A stretch of 64,000 bases of DNA. Origin: Myxococcota bacterium. Lineage in GTDB: Bacteria > Myxococcota_A > UBA796 > CAJQPC01. The stretch lies in assembly GCA_023150845.1 (NCBI GenBank), contig JAKLKD010000013.1, positions 3,896-67,895 on the forward strand, given 5' to 3'. Shown here piece by piece: positions 8,530 to 18,193 of this stretch (the stretch's first letter is position 1; every line of letters begins with the position of its first letter). The notes beneath the pieces were generated by a model. The model saw nothing but the letters and a program-made list of their open reading frames with translations. It was not told the origin of the DNA and made no database searches. Position numbers and translations under genes: made by a program.

Positions 8530-9345
8530 TCAGGGTTCTGAAGACTCCGTGGGGGGCGCTGCGGCGGTTGGTTCGGGGCGCGGCGCCCACTCCGCCAAGA
8601 ACTCGACCAGACACTCGAAGAGCAGCGCTTGTGGGTCTCTCCCCTGGCGCTGGGCGACCTCCAGTAACCGAGGCGGCCACCCCTCTCCTCCCCGCGGGAG
8701 CTTGTATCTCTCATTGATCCAATCAGTGAAGTCCTGGTTGACATCCTTCACCTCCCACGGCAGACCGAGCTCATGGAACGCAATAGCGTGACCAATGAGA
8801 ATAAACTGAACATCCTCGACAACAAAAAAATACATACGAGGGCGTGGCATCATGCTCCGCAGCAACGCCGCCACCGAAGACCGATATTTAGAAGCCGTAA
8901 TCGAGGGCATCAGCGCGAGCTCGTGGACCTTTGGTGAGTCCGTGGGGCGCGCCGCGAGGGTTGGTTCAGGGAGCGGCGCCCATTCCGCTAAGAACTCGAC
9001 CAGACACTCGAAGAGCAGCGCTTGCGGGTCTCTCCCCTGGCGCTGAGCGACCACCCGTAACCGAGGCGGCCACCCCTCTCCTCCCCGCGGGAGCTTGTAT
9101 CTCTCATTGATCCAATCCGTGAAGTCCTGGTTGACATCCTTCACCTCCCGCAGCAGGCCGAATTCATAGAACGCAGCAGCATGACCACCCATTATATGTG
9201 CAACATCCCTGACAACTAAAAAATACATACGAGGGCGTAGCATCATGTGCCGCAGCAGCGCCGCGACCGACGAGCGATACTGAGTAGCCGTAATCGAGGG
9301 CATCAGCGCGCTCCCGAAGAACCTTGGTGATTGACAGGCCGACAT
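8530..9345 (-). CDS. hypothetical protein made of two tandem ~131-aa repeats
   Basis: The two halves both read MPSITA.(Q/K)YRSSVAALLR.MM.RPRMYF.VV.DV...EVKDVNQDFTDWINERYKLPRGGEGWPPRL..VAQRQGRDPQALLFECLVEFLAEWAP. The nucleotide period is 393 bp. The start may be the Met at 9303. Confidence 0.55.
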   Translation of the reverse strand: MSACQSPRFFGSALMPSITATQYRSSVAALLRHMMLRPRMYFLVVRDVAHIMGGHAAAFYEFGLLREVKDVNQDFTDWINERYKLPRGGEGWPPRLRVVAQRQGRDPQALLFECLVEFLAEWAPLPEPTLAARPTDSPKVHELALMPSITASKYRSSVAALLRSMMPRPRMYFFVVEDVQFILIGHAIAFHELGLPWEVKDVNQDFTDWINERYKLPRGGEGWPPRLLEVAQRQGRDPQALLFECLVEFLAEWAPRPEPTAAAPPTESSEP

Positions 9346-9429
9346 CGCCTAGCCCCACATCCTACTCTCTCCGAGGTCTCCGCCCAACACCCCTCCGCGC
9401 GTCTGGCGAGCGCCGCCCCGCAGGGCCGC

Positions 9430-9993
9430 TCACCGCCCCCGCCCCTTCGGCCCCGTCGGCGGCGCCACCTCCCGCCACTCCCCCGGCTGGAGCCCGTCGA
9501 GGGTGTACGGCCCGATCGCCGCCCGGATGAGCCGCAGCGTCGGGTGCCCCACGGCGGCGGTCATGCGGCGGACCTGGCGGTTGCGGCCCTCACGCAGGCC
9601 GAGCTCGATCCAGGCCGTGGGCACGTTGAGGCGGTGGCGGATGGGCGGGTCGCGGGGCCAGAGGCCGGGGGGCTCGTCGATGAGCTGGGCGCGGGCGGGG
9701 CGGGTCAGGCCGTCGGAGAGCATCACGCCGCGCCGCAGGGCGTCCAGCGCGGCCTCGTCGGGGACACGCTCAACCTGGGCCCAGTAGACCTTCTCTTTGC
9801 CGAAGCGCGGATCGGACAAGGTGGCCTGGAGCGCGCCGTCGTCGGTGAGCGCGAGCAGGCCCTCGGAGTCCATGTCCAGGCGCCCGCAGGGGTAGACGTT
9901 CGGGACGGGGACGTGGTCCTTGAGGGTGGGGCGGCCCTCGCGGTCGGTGAACGTGCACATCACGTTGAACGGCTTGTTGAGCAGGATCAGCAT
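9430..9993 (-). CDS. rluE: rRNA large-subunit pseudouridine synthase, RluE-like
   Basis: The translation is [16 protein letters not shown]...[23 protein letters not shown]...[22 protein letters not shown], containing the RsuA/RluE catalytic GRLD motif. I chose the start at Met 9993. Confidence 0.85.
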   Translation of the reverse strand: MLILLNKPFNVMCTFTDREGRPTLKDHVPVPNVYPCGRLDMDSEGLLALTDDGALQATLSDPRFGKEKVYWAQVERVPDEAALDALRRGVMLSDGLTRPARAQLIDEPPGLWPRDPPIRHRLNVPTAWIELGLREGRNRQVRRMTAAVGHPTLRLIRAAIGPYTLDGLQPGEWREVAPPTGPKGRGR

Positions 9994-10066
9994 GGCCCAA
10001 GGCTCTAATGCGTTGTGGCGCAGCGTCGAGGTCGGTGTACGATGCTCCTTCGCCTGAGGTGCCCTG

Positions 10067-11902
10067 ATGCCGCTCACCGCGCTGCTCGCCGCTCTGCTCT
10101 TGGCCTGCGCCCCGACGCCGGTCAACTTCTGTGAGGGTGGGGTTCGTTATGACTACGCGCCAGACCGCGCCTCGTCCTTCACCACCTTCCCCGACGACTT
10201 CTGGACCGAGCCCGACGCCTCAAGCCCCACGGGCCTGCGGGTGTCCATGGCCGTCGAGGACAACCCCGTCTTCGCCGACTACCCCGAGAACTACGCCGAC
10301 TGGTACACGCACCTCTCGACGCTGAGCGGCTTCGGGGTGAACAGCGGCATCTTCTTGCGCTTCACCGGGGATCTGCGGCCCGAGGACATCACACCGGCGC
10401 GGGTTTATGTCGTGAGCCTGGGGCCGGACGGGCCCACACGCCACGCCGTCGAGATCCTCACCACGGATCGGGAGGAGACCTTGCTCTTGCGCCCCTGGCG
10501 GGCGCTGCCTGAAGAGACGACAATCGCCGTGGTGTTAGAGACGGACCCGGCGGACCCGGCCTGCGTGGCGCCGTCGAAGACGCTCCGGGCGCTGTTGAGC
10601 CCCGAGACGGAGCTGGAGCGCGGGGAGGAGGCCCCGGCGCGCTCGGCGGCGTTCGTGGAGGCGCTCGCGGCGGTGGGCCTGCCCCCGGAGCGGGTCGGCG
10701 CCATGACCGTGTTCACCACACAGACCATCACCCGGGCCTCCTTGGCCGTCGCCGAGCACGTCGCCACGACGACCCCCACCGTAGACGGCGAGCGGGTCTG
10801 TGTGGAGGCGCTCGGCGGGCGGCGCTGTGACGTGCCGCTCACGGTGAACGACTACCGCGGCCCGGACCGCATCGTGCCCGACGAGTCCGGCGCGCCCCAG
10901 GCGAGCTACGCCTTGCCCGTGCGGGTGTGGATGCCCCTCACGGCGGGCCCGCACCCCGTCGTGCTCTGCGGCCACGGCCTCGGCGGCGGGGTGAACGACT
11001 GTGAGGTGCTCGTGCCGGAGGCCATGGCCGAGGGCCTCGCCGTGGTCGCCGTCGACGCCGTAGAGCACGGGGACCACCCCGCCCGGAGCGAGGCCGAGCT
11101 TGAGCTCATCGAGGACTTCATGATCTTCGCCCTGCGGGTCACGCCGCCGGGCATCCACGGCCTCGTGCTGCGCGACAACTTCCGGCAGTCGGCCTGGGAC
11201 AAGCTCCAGGTGGTGCGGGCGATTGAGCTGGGCCTCGACGTAGACGGCGACGGGGCCGTAGACTTAGACGCTGAGCGCCTCGTCTACGCCGGGGTGAGCC
11301 TGGGGGCGATCATGGCCCCGGAGCTCCTCGCGCTCACCGACGCGCCCGTCGCGGCCTGGACGGCGGTGGGCGGCGCGCGGCTCACCCAGATCATCCAGGA
11401 CTCTCCCTCGTTCTCGATCCTCGTGGACGTGATGCGGCCCGCGGACCTCGATGACGGCGATATCGACCGGGCGTTCCCGCTCCTGCAGACGATGGTGGAC
11501 CCCGGCGACCCCGCGTCCTGGGGGCCCCATGTGTTGGAGGATCGCCTGCTGGACGACGGGCCGCCGCCGCACCTCGCCTTGCTCGTCGCCGAGGACGACG
11601 AGGTGGTCCCCAACACGACGAACGACCTCCTCGCCTTGGCCTACGGCCTGCCCGGCGTCGGGACCGAGCGCTGGCCCGTGGAGGGGATCACCTTCACGCC
11701 GGGGGACGCCCAGGCGAACCTGCCGGGCGGGCTCACCGGGGGCCTCGTGCAGTACGGCCTCGTTCACCGCGCCGAGGGGGCCGAGCCGACCCCGGCGGAG
11801 CACTCCCACCTGCACGACAGCGTCGAGGGCTTTGAGAGCGTGCGGGCCTTCGTGTTGCCCGCGTTAAACGGCGAGATTCCGACCTTACTCGCCGCGCCGT
11901 GA
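10067..11902 (+). CDS. secreted alpha/beta-hydrolase-like lipoprotein
   Basis: The lipobox is LLLAC. It has HGLGGG and GVSLG (GxSxG) blocks and is 611 aa long. Confidence 0.55.
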   Translation: MPLTALLAALLLACAPTPVNFCEGGVRYDYAPDRASSFTTFPDDFWTEPDASSPTGLRVSMAVEDNPVFADYPENYADWYTHLSTLSGFGVNSGIFLRFTGDLRPEDITPARVYVVSLGPDGPTRHAVEILTTDREETLLLRPWRALPEETTIAVVLETDPADPACVAPSKTLRALLSPETELERGEEAPARSAAFVEALAAVGLPPERVGAMTVFTTQTITRASLAVAEHVATTTPTVDGERVCVEALGGRRCDVPLTVNDYRGPDRIVPDESGAPQASYALPVRVWMPLTAGPHPVVLCGHGLGGGVNDCEVLVPEAMAEGLAVVAVDAVEHGDHPARSEAELELIEDFMIFALRVTPPGIHGLVLRDNFRQSAWDKLQVVRAIELGLDVDGDGAVDLDAERLVYAGVSLGAIMAPELLALTDAPVAAWTAVGGARLTQIIQDSPSFSILVDVMRPADLDDGDIDRAFPLLQTMVDPGDPASWGPHVLEDRLLDDGPPPHLALLVAEDDEVVPNTTNDLLALAYGLPGVGTERWPVEGITFTPGDAQANLPGGLTGGLVQYGLVHRAEGAEPTPAEHSHLHDSVEGFESVRAFVLPALNGEIPTLLAAP

Positions 11903-11997
11903 GGGGCGTTGAAGCGCGCTGAAACGCGCCGAAATAGCCAAGAGGAGCGGTCTCCGGGCACCCTAGTCTCTCTTCGCCGAGCGAAGACAGCTCCGAG

Positions 11998-14900
11998 GTG
12001 CTTATGAAGACCAACCTGCCGCTGCTCACCCTGTTCGGGCTCTTGGCCTGCACCGGCGACGTGGGCGTCACGAAGTTCAACGCGGAGCCCGTCGCGACCA
12101 TCACCTCGCCCGGCGACGGCGACACCGTCGGCGCGGGGCAGGTCATCACCCTGCGGGGCATCGTCTCGGACCCCGACGACGCGGCGTCGAGCCTCGTGGC
12201 GACCTGGACGGCGGGAGAGCGCACCGTCTGCGAGCGCCTGCCGGTGGGCGAGGGCGGCGAGAGCTCCTGTGAGGTGACCCTCGTCGAGGGCGAAGAGGAG
12301 CTCACGCTCTTGGCCCAGGACCCGGCGAACGCCGTCGGCCTGGACTCCGTGACCGTCGTGATCACCACCCCGAGCGCGCCGAGCCTCACCTGGCTCTCCC
12401 CCGAGGACGGCGACACCCTCACCGCCGACGCGCCCGTAGAGCTCGCCGTGCGGGTCAACGACGACGCCGACGAGCCTTCAGCCCTCACCTTGGCCTGGAC
12501 CGACGCCAGCGGCGCGGCCTTGGACCTCAGCACCACCCCCGACGATGAGGGCGTCGTCTCCGACAGCGTGCTCCTCGACGCCGGGACCTACACCGTCACC
12601 CTCACCGCGACGGACAGCGACGGCCTGAGCGGCGTGGCCTCGACCACCTTCGTGGTGGAGGCGCCGAACAACCTCCCGAGCTGCGAGATCACCGCGCCTC
12701 TGAGCGGCGCGAGCGGCCCCGGCGGCGAGCCCGTGCTCCTCGCGGGCCTCGTCTCCGACCTCGACCAGGCCCCGGAGACCCTCACCGTGAGCTGGTCGAG
12801 CGACCTCGCGGGCCTCTTGGGCGAGAGCACCCCGGACAGCGCTGGCGAGGTGAGCCTCACCGTCGAGGAGCTCCCGGCGGGCACCCACAGCCTGACCCTC
12901 ACCGTGCTCGACGCCGTGGGCGCGTCCTGCGAGGCCCAGGCGCTCTACAGCGTCGGTGTGCCGCCGGAGCTTGAGCTCCTCGCGCCGCTTGACGGCGACC
13001 TGTTCAACGAGGGTGAGCTCGTGAGCTTCGTCGCCGCGGCGAGCGACGACACTACCTCCCCCGGCGACCTCCTCGTCGCCTGGGCCTCGGACCTCGACGG
13101 CCTGCTCGACGAGGCGAACGCCGCCGCCGACGGCTCGATCCTGTTTGAGACGACGTCACTGAGCCCCGGCGAGCACACCATCACCGTCACCGTCACCGAC
13201 GAGGACGGCCTGTACAGCGTCGCCGAGGTGCTGGTCTCGGTGAACGACCTGCCCGGCGCGCCCACGGTGAGCGTGAGCCCGGCGAGCCCCGGCACGAACG
13301 ACACCCTCACGGCGTCTGTGACTGGCGCCAGCGCCGACGCCGAGGGTGACCCCATCAGCTACACCTACGCCTGGACGAAGAACGGCGCGGCGACGGCCTA
13401 CACCTCGACGACGGTGCCCGCGACGGCGACGGCGAAGGGGGAACTCTGGGCGGTGACGGTCACCCCCGATGACGGCTGGGGCGAAGGGGACGCCGGGACA
13501 ACGAGCGTCACCATCCAGAACACCGCGCCTACGCTGACCAGCGTGAGCCTCACCCCGACCGCGCCCAGCGAGTCCGACACCTTGACCTGCACCCCTTCCG
13601 GGGCCTCGGACGCGGACGGCGACAGCGTCTCCTATGAGTACGCCTGGACGGTGAACGGCGTCTTGATCTCGACGACGACGAGCACCTTAGGCTCAAGCTT
13701 CTGGGAGAAGGGCGACACGGTCTCCTGCGCCGTGACCCCAACCGACGGCGTTGATGACGGCGCGGCGGTGTCCTCCTCGACGGTGACGGTGGGCAACGGC
13801 GCCCCGAGCATCACGGGCGTGACCATCTCCCCGACGACGGCCACGGTGAGCAGCACCTTGACCTGCGCGGTGACGGGCTTCTCCGACCCTGACGGCGACG
13901 CCGACGCCAGCACCTTCGCCTGGACGGTAGACGGCGTGAGCGCGGGCAGCGGCGCCACGCTCTCCGGGGCCTTCGTCGGCGGCGACGTGGTGGCCTGCAC
14001 GGCCACGCCCAGCGACGGCAGCGCCACGGGCGCCACAAAGTCCACCTCCATCACCATCAGCAACACCGCCCCAGTGCTCAGCTCCGTGAGCCTCACGCCC
14101 ACGAGCCCCAGCTCCGCCGACACCTTGACCTGCACCCCCGGGACCACCACCGACGCCGACGGCACGACCAGCTTCACCTACAGCTACGCCTGGACGGTGA
14201 ACGGCTCGACGATCTCGGCCACGGGCAGCACCCTGGCGCCCACTCTGCACAGCAAGTCCGACGTCATCCGCTGCTCGGTGACGCCCAACGACGGCACGTC
14301 GAGCGGCAGCGCCGTGTCGTCCTCCTCGGTGACCATCGGCAACAGCGCGCCGTCCTACACGAGCGTGAGCCTGAGCCCCACGTCCCCCACGGAGTCCGAC
14401 ACGCTCACCTGCACGCCGTCCGGAGCCTCGGACCCTGACGGTGACTCCGTGAGCGCCACCTACGCCTGGCGCGTGAACGGCTCGACGATCTCGGCGACGA
14501 GCGCCACGCTCTCGGGCACAAGCTTCTCCAAGGGCCAGAGCGTCGTCTGTGACGCGACACCGACGGACGGAACCTCCTCAGGAACGGCGGTCACCTCCAA
14601 CACGGTCACCGTGCTCAACAGCGCGCCGACGCTCTCCAGCGTGAGCATCAGCCCGTCGAGCCCCACGGCGTCGAGCACCTTGACCTGCACGCCCTCGGGC
14701 GGCGCCGACGCTGACGGTGACACGATCTCCTATACCTACGCCTGGACGGTGAACGGCACCTCTCGGGGCAGCACGAGCACGCTCAGCGGCCTGTTTGTGG
14801 GCGGCGACGCCGTGGTCTGCTCGGTGACGCCGAGCGATGGCAGCACCTCGGGCACGGCCAAGACGGCCACGGTGACCATCAGCAACAGCGCCCCGGTCTT

Positions 14901-17007
14901 GGCCTCGGTGAGCCTCACGCCCACGAGCCCCACCTCGGCGGACACCTTGACCTGCACGCCGGGCAGCACCACCGACGCCGACGGCACGACGTCTTTCACC
15001 TACAGCTATGCCTGGACGGTGAACGGCTCGACCATCTCCGCGACGAGCAGCACCTTGGGGCCGAGCCTGCACAGCAAAGGCGACGTGATCCGCTGCTCCG
15101 TGACGCCCAGCGACGGCAGCACCAGCGGCAGCGCCGTCTCGTCGTCGTCTGTGACCATCGCCAACAGCGCGCCGTCCTACACGAGCGTGAGCCTGAGCCC
15201 GACCTCCCCCACGGAGTCTGACACCCTCACCTGCACGCCGTCCGGGGCCTCGGACACCGACGGCGACACAGTGAGCGCGACCTACGCCTGGCGCGTGAAC
15301 GGCTCGACGGTCTCCCCGACGACGGCCACGCTCTCCGGCACCTACTTCTCCAAAGGACAGACGGTGGTGTGCCTGGCGACGCCGACGGACGGCACGTCCT
15401 CGGGCTCGGCGGTCACCTCCAACACGGTCACCGTGCTCAACACGGCGCCGACGCTCACGAGCGTCTCGGTCAGCCCGTCCAGCCCCACGGCGTCGAGCAC
15501 CTTGACCTGCACACCCTCGGGCGGCGCCGATGTGGACGGTGACACGGTCTCCTACACGTATGCCTGGACCGTGAACGGCGTGTCGAAGGGCAGCTCCAGC
15601 ACGCTCTCCGGCGTGTTTGTGGGCGGCAACACCGTGGTCTGCTCGGTGACGCCGACGGACGGAAGCGCCTCGGGCACGGCGAAGACGGCCACGGTGACCA
15701 TCAGCAACAGCGCCCCCGTGGTGTCCTCGGTGAGCCTCACGCCCACGAGCCCGACCTCGGCGGACACCTTGACCTGCACGCCGGGGACCACCACCGACGC
15801 GGACGGAACGACGTCCTTCACCTACACCTACGCCTGGACCATCGGCGGCTCGGCGATCTCCGCCACGACCAGCACGCTGGGGCCCAGCAGCCACAGCAAG
15901 GGCGACGTGGTGCGGTGCAGCGTCATCGCCAGCGACGGCAGCGCCTCGTCGAGCTCCGTGGCCTCGTCCTCGGTGACCATCGGCAACAGCGCGCCGAGCA
16001 TCTCCAGCGTGACCTTGAGCTCGTCGAGCCCCAAGACCAACGACACGCTCTCCGCGGCGATCACCTCCAGCGACACCGACGGCGACACGGTCAGCTACAC
16101 CTACGCCTGGTTCGTGAACGGCAGCGCGGCCGGCACGGGCTCGACCCTCAACGGCGCCACGGCCTTCTCCAAGGGCCAGTCGGTTTACGTCCGGGTGACG
16201 CCGACGGACGGCACGACCTCGGGCAGCGCCGTGAGCTCCTCGACGGCGACGGTGGCGAACTCGACGCCCGGCGCGCCAGGGGTCGAGCTGGATCCAGAGG
16301 TCCCTGAAGCGGGCGTGGACGATGTTTGGTGCGCGGTCACGACCCCGGCGAGTGATGATGACGGCGACACCCTGAGCTACACGATCACGTGGACCAAGAA
16401 CGGCTCCAGCTTCACCGGTACGACCACGACGGTCTACACGAACGACACCGTGCCTTACACGGCGACCTCGGCGAGCGACGTGTTCGCCTGCCGGGTGACG
16501 GCGACGGACGGCAGCGCCACGGGCGCGGCGGCGACGGACTCAGTGACGGTCTTGGGGGCCAGCTACACCATCGGCAACGCCACGGCCTACACGAGCTACC
16601 AGACCTTCGGCGCCAACACCTTCGTGGCCTTCCCCGTGACCGTGTCGTCGGCGGCGACCCTGTACAGCGTCGGCGCGATCCACAGCTACCCGTCCGGCGA
16701 CTTCAAGCTCGCGGTGTACACAAACTCCGGGAGCGCGCCGGGCACCTTGGTCGCCCAGACCGCCTCCACCACGATCACCGCCGGGACGCAGGAGCTCCCG
16801 ATCACCGCGGGGTCGGTCTCTTTGTCCGCGGGGACCTACTGGATCGCCGCGATCTACAGCGCCACCAGCTACCCGACCAGCCACTCGTCGAGCACGACGA
16901 CCTGGCGCTACGTCTCCTACACCTACAGCTCGGCGTTCCCCACGACGGCCCCGGCGACGACGGCGCTCTCGGTGAGGAGCGCCAACTACTACCTCGTCGT
17001 TCGTTGA
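11998..17007 (+). CDS. giant (1669-aa) surface lipoprotein built of ~15 Ig-like ~92-aa repeats plus a distinct C-terminal beta-sandwich-like domain
   Basis: The signal plus lipobox is MKTNLPLLTLFGLLAC. The repeat unit is P..S..SL.P..P...DTLTCTP.GA.D.DGD.VSY.YAW.VNG.....TL....F.KGD.V.C.VTP.DG...G......VTI.N.AP. The start may be the ATG at 12004. Confidence 0.85.
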   Translation: MLMKTNLPLLTLFGLLACTGDVGVTKFNAEPVATITSPGDGDTVGAGQVITLRGIVSDPDDAASSLVATWTAGERTVCERLPVGEGGESSCEVTLVEGEEELTLLAQDPANAVGLDSVTVVITTPSAPSLTWLSPEDGDTLTADAPVELAVRVNDDADEPSALTLAWTDASGAALDLSTTPDDEGVVSDSVLLDAGTYTVTLTATDSDGLSGVASTTFVVEAPNNLPSCEITAPLSGASGPGGEPVLLAGLVSDLDQAPETLTVSWSSDLAGLLGESTPDSAGEVSLTVEELPAGTHSLTLTVLDAVGASCEAQALYSVGVPPELELLAPLDGDLFNEGELVSFVAAASDDTTSPGDLLVAWASDLDGLLDEANAAADGSILFETTSLSPGEHTITVTVTDEDGLYSVAEVLVSVNDLPGAPTVSVSPASPGTNDTLTASVTGASADAEGDPISYTYAWTKNGAATAYTSTTVPATATAKGELWAVTVTPDDGWGEGDAGTTSVTIQNTAPTLTSVSLTPTAPSESDTLTCTPSGASDADGDSVSYEYAWTVNGVLISTTTSTLGSSFWEKGDTVSCAVTPTDGVDDGAAVSSSTVTVGNGAPSITGVTISPTTATVSSTLTCAVTGFSDPDGDADASTFAWTVDGVSAGSGATLSGAFVGGDVVACTATPSDGSATGATKSTSITISNTAPVLSSVSLTPTSPSSADTLTCTPGTTTDADGTTSFTYSYAWTVNGSTISATGSTLAPTLHSKSDVIRCSVTPNDGTSSGSAVSSSSVTIGNSAPSYTSVSLSPTSPTESDTLTCTPSGASDPDGDSVSATYAWRVNGSTISATSATLSGTSFSKGQSVVCDATPTDGTSSGTAVTSNTVTVLNSAPTLSSVSISPSSPTASSTLTCTPSGGADADGDTISYTYAWTVNGTSRGSTSTLSGLFVGGDAVVCSVTPSDGSTSGTAKTATVTISNSAPVLASVSLTPTSPTSADTLTCTPGSTTDADGTTSFTYSYAWTVNGSTISATSSTLGPSLHSKGDVIRCSVTPSDGSTSGSAVSSSSVTIANSAPSYTSVSLSPTSPTESDTLTCTPSGASDTDGDTVSATYAWRVNGSTVSPTTATLSGTYFSKGQTVVCLATPTDGTSSGSAVTSNTVTVLNTAPTLTSVSVSPSSPTASSTLTCTPSGGADVDGDTVSYTYAWTVNGVSKGSSSTLSGVFVGGNTVVCSVTPTDGSASGTAKTATVTISNSAPVVSSVSLTPTSPTSADTLTCTPGTTTDADGTTSFTYTYAWTIGGSAISATTSTLGPSSHSKGDVVRCSVIASDGSASSSSVASSSVTIGNSAPSISSVTLSSSSPKTNDTLSAAITSSDTDGDTVSYTYAWFVNGSAAGTGSTLNGATAFSKGQSVYVRVTPTDGTTSGSAVSSSTATVANSTPGAPGVELDPEVPEAGVDDVWCAVTTPASDDDGDTLSYTITWTKNGSSFTGTTTTVYTNDTVPYTATSASDVFACRVTATDGSATGAAATDSVTVLGASYTIGNATAYTSYQTFGANTFVAFPVTVSSAATLYSVGAIHSYPSGDFKLAVYTNSGSAPGTLVAQTASTTITAGTQELPITAGSVSLSAGTYWIAAIYSATSYPTSHSSSTTTWRYVSYTYSSAFPTTAPATTALSVRSANYYLVVR
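14062..15990. repeat. higher-order tandem repeat inside the giant gene: an 822-bp (274-aa, three-domain) unit present 2.3 times
   Basis: Units start in frame at 14062, 14884 and 15706 (N(T/S)APV(L/V)(S/A)SVSLTPTSP..ADTLTCTPG.TTDADGTTSFTY..). By eye they are about 85-90% identical at the protein level. Confidence 0.8.
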
Positions 17008-17059
17008 GCCCTCTCGCTGCTGCCCCCCCACGTCACCACGTCACAACGGAGTCAATCGA

Positions 17060-17587
17060 ATGGAACCACTGATGGGTCAGGTCATGCTCTTCGCGGGGAA
17101 TTTTGCCCCGGTGGGCTGGATGTTCTGCAACGGCCAGCTCCTCTCGATCGCGGAGTACTCGGCGCTCTTCTCGATCCTCGGCACCACCTACGGCGGTGAC
17201 GGCCAGACCACCTTCGCCCTGCCGAACCTCTCCGGTCGCCTGGCGGTGAGCGCGGGCAACGGCCCGGGGCTGCCGGGCTGGGCGCTTGGCCAGACCGGCG
17301 GGGCCGAGAGCGCGACCATGACCACCCAGAACATGCCCGCGCACATCCACCCGGTGCTCGCCGCGAACCAGCCCGGTGAGACGACCAATCCCCAAGGCGC
17401 CGTGCTCGCCGGTTTCGGCACCTCCTTGCCCCCGGCGGGCCCCTACAGCAGCTCGGCGCCCGACGTCTCGCTGAGCGCCCAGGCCGTCGGCGCCGCCGGC
17501 GGGAGCCAGCCCTTCTCCATCATCCAGCCCAGCCTCGCGCTCAACTTCATCATCGCCGTCGAGGGGATCTATCCCTCCCCGGCCTGA
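17060..17587 (+). CDS. phage tail-collar domain protein (MdpB-like), paralog 1
   Basis: The translation is GQVMLFAGNFAPVGWMFCNGQLLSIAEYSALFSILGTTYGGDGQTTFALPNLSGR...QPFSIIQPSLALNFIIAVEGIYPS, which is the tail-collar signature. A GGAG RBS is present. Confidence 0.85.
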   Translation: MEPLMGQVMLFAGNFAPVGWMFCNGQLLSIAEYSALFSILGTTYGGDGQTTFALPNLSGRLAVSAGNGPGLPGWALGQTGGAESATMTTQNMPAHIHPVLAANQPGETTNPQGAVLAGFGTSLPPAGPYSSSAPDVSLSAQAVGAAGGSQPFSIIQPSLALNFIIAVEGIYPSPA

Positions 17588-17629
17588 TCTTCGCGCCCCT
17601 TCACCTCATTCGTCTTCGGAGCGTCGAGT

Positions 17630-18160
17630 ATGGATCCCATCTACATCGGCTCAATCTTCTTGTTCGCGGGCAACTTCGAGCCCAAGAACTTCGCCTTCTG
17701 TGACGGTCGTCTTCTCTCCATCGCCCAGAACACCGCGCTGTTCTCGATCCTGGGCACGACCTATGGCGGCAACGGCACGACCACCTTCGCCCTGCCCGAC
17801 CTGCGCGGCCGCGTCGCGGTCGGCACCGGGACCCTCCCCGGCGGCCAGAACTGGCAGCTCGGTGAGGCCCAAGGCACCAACTCGGTCACCTTGACCACGC
17901 AGAACATGGCCTCCCACAACCACAGCCTTAACGCCAACAGCGCGCCCGGGGGCAGCGCCTCCCCAGATCAGGCTGTGCTGGCGGACTACGGGACGAGCCT
18001 GCCGCCCGCGGGCCCCTACACCCAGGGCGCGCCGAACACCACCCTGAGCGCCGCCAGCGTCGGGAGCGCGGGCCAGAACATGCCGGTCGGCATCATGCAG
18101 CCCTACACCGGCCTCAACTACATCATCGCGCTCTACGGCGTGTTCCCCCCTCGGTCCTGA
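17630..18160 (+). CDS. phage tail-collar domain protein (MdpB-like), paralog 2
   Basis: It has the same architecture: IFLFAGNFEPKNFAFCDGRLLSIAQNTALFSILGTTYGGNGTTTFALPDLRGR... Confidence 0.85.
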   Translation: MDPIYIGSIFLFAGNFEPKNFAFCDGRLLSIAQNTALFSILGTTYGGNGTTTFALPDLRGRVAVGTGTLPGGQNWQLGEAQGTNSVTLTTQNMASHNHSLNANSAPGGSASPDQAVLADYGTSLPPAGPYTQGAPNTTLSAASVGSAGQNMPVGIMQPYTGLNYIIALYGVFPPRS

Positions 18161-18193
18161 CACCGTTCACCCCAGCTTGTCTCGGAGTCAATC

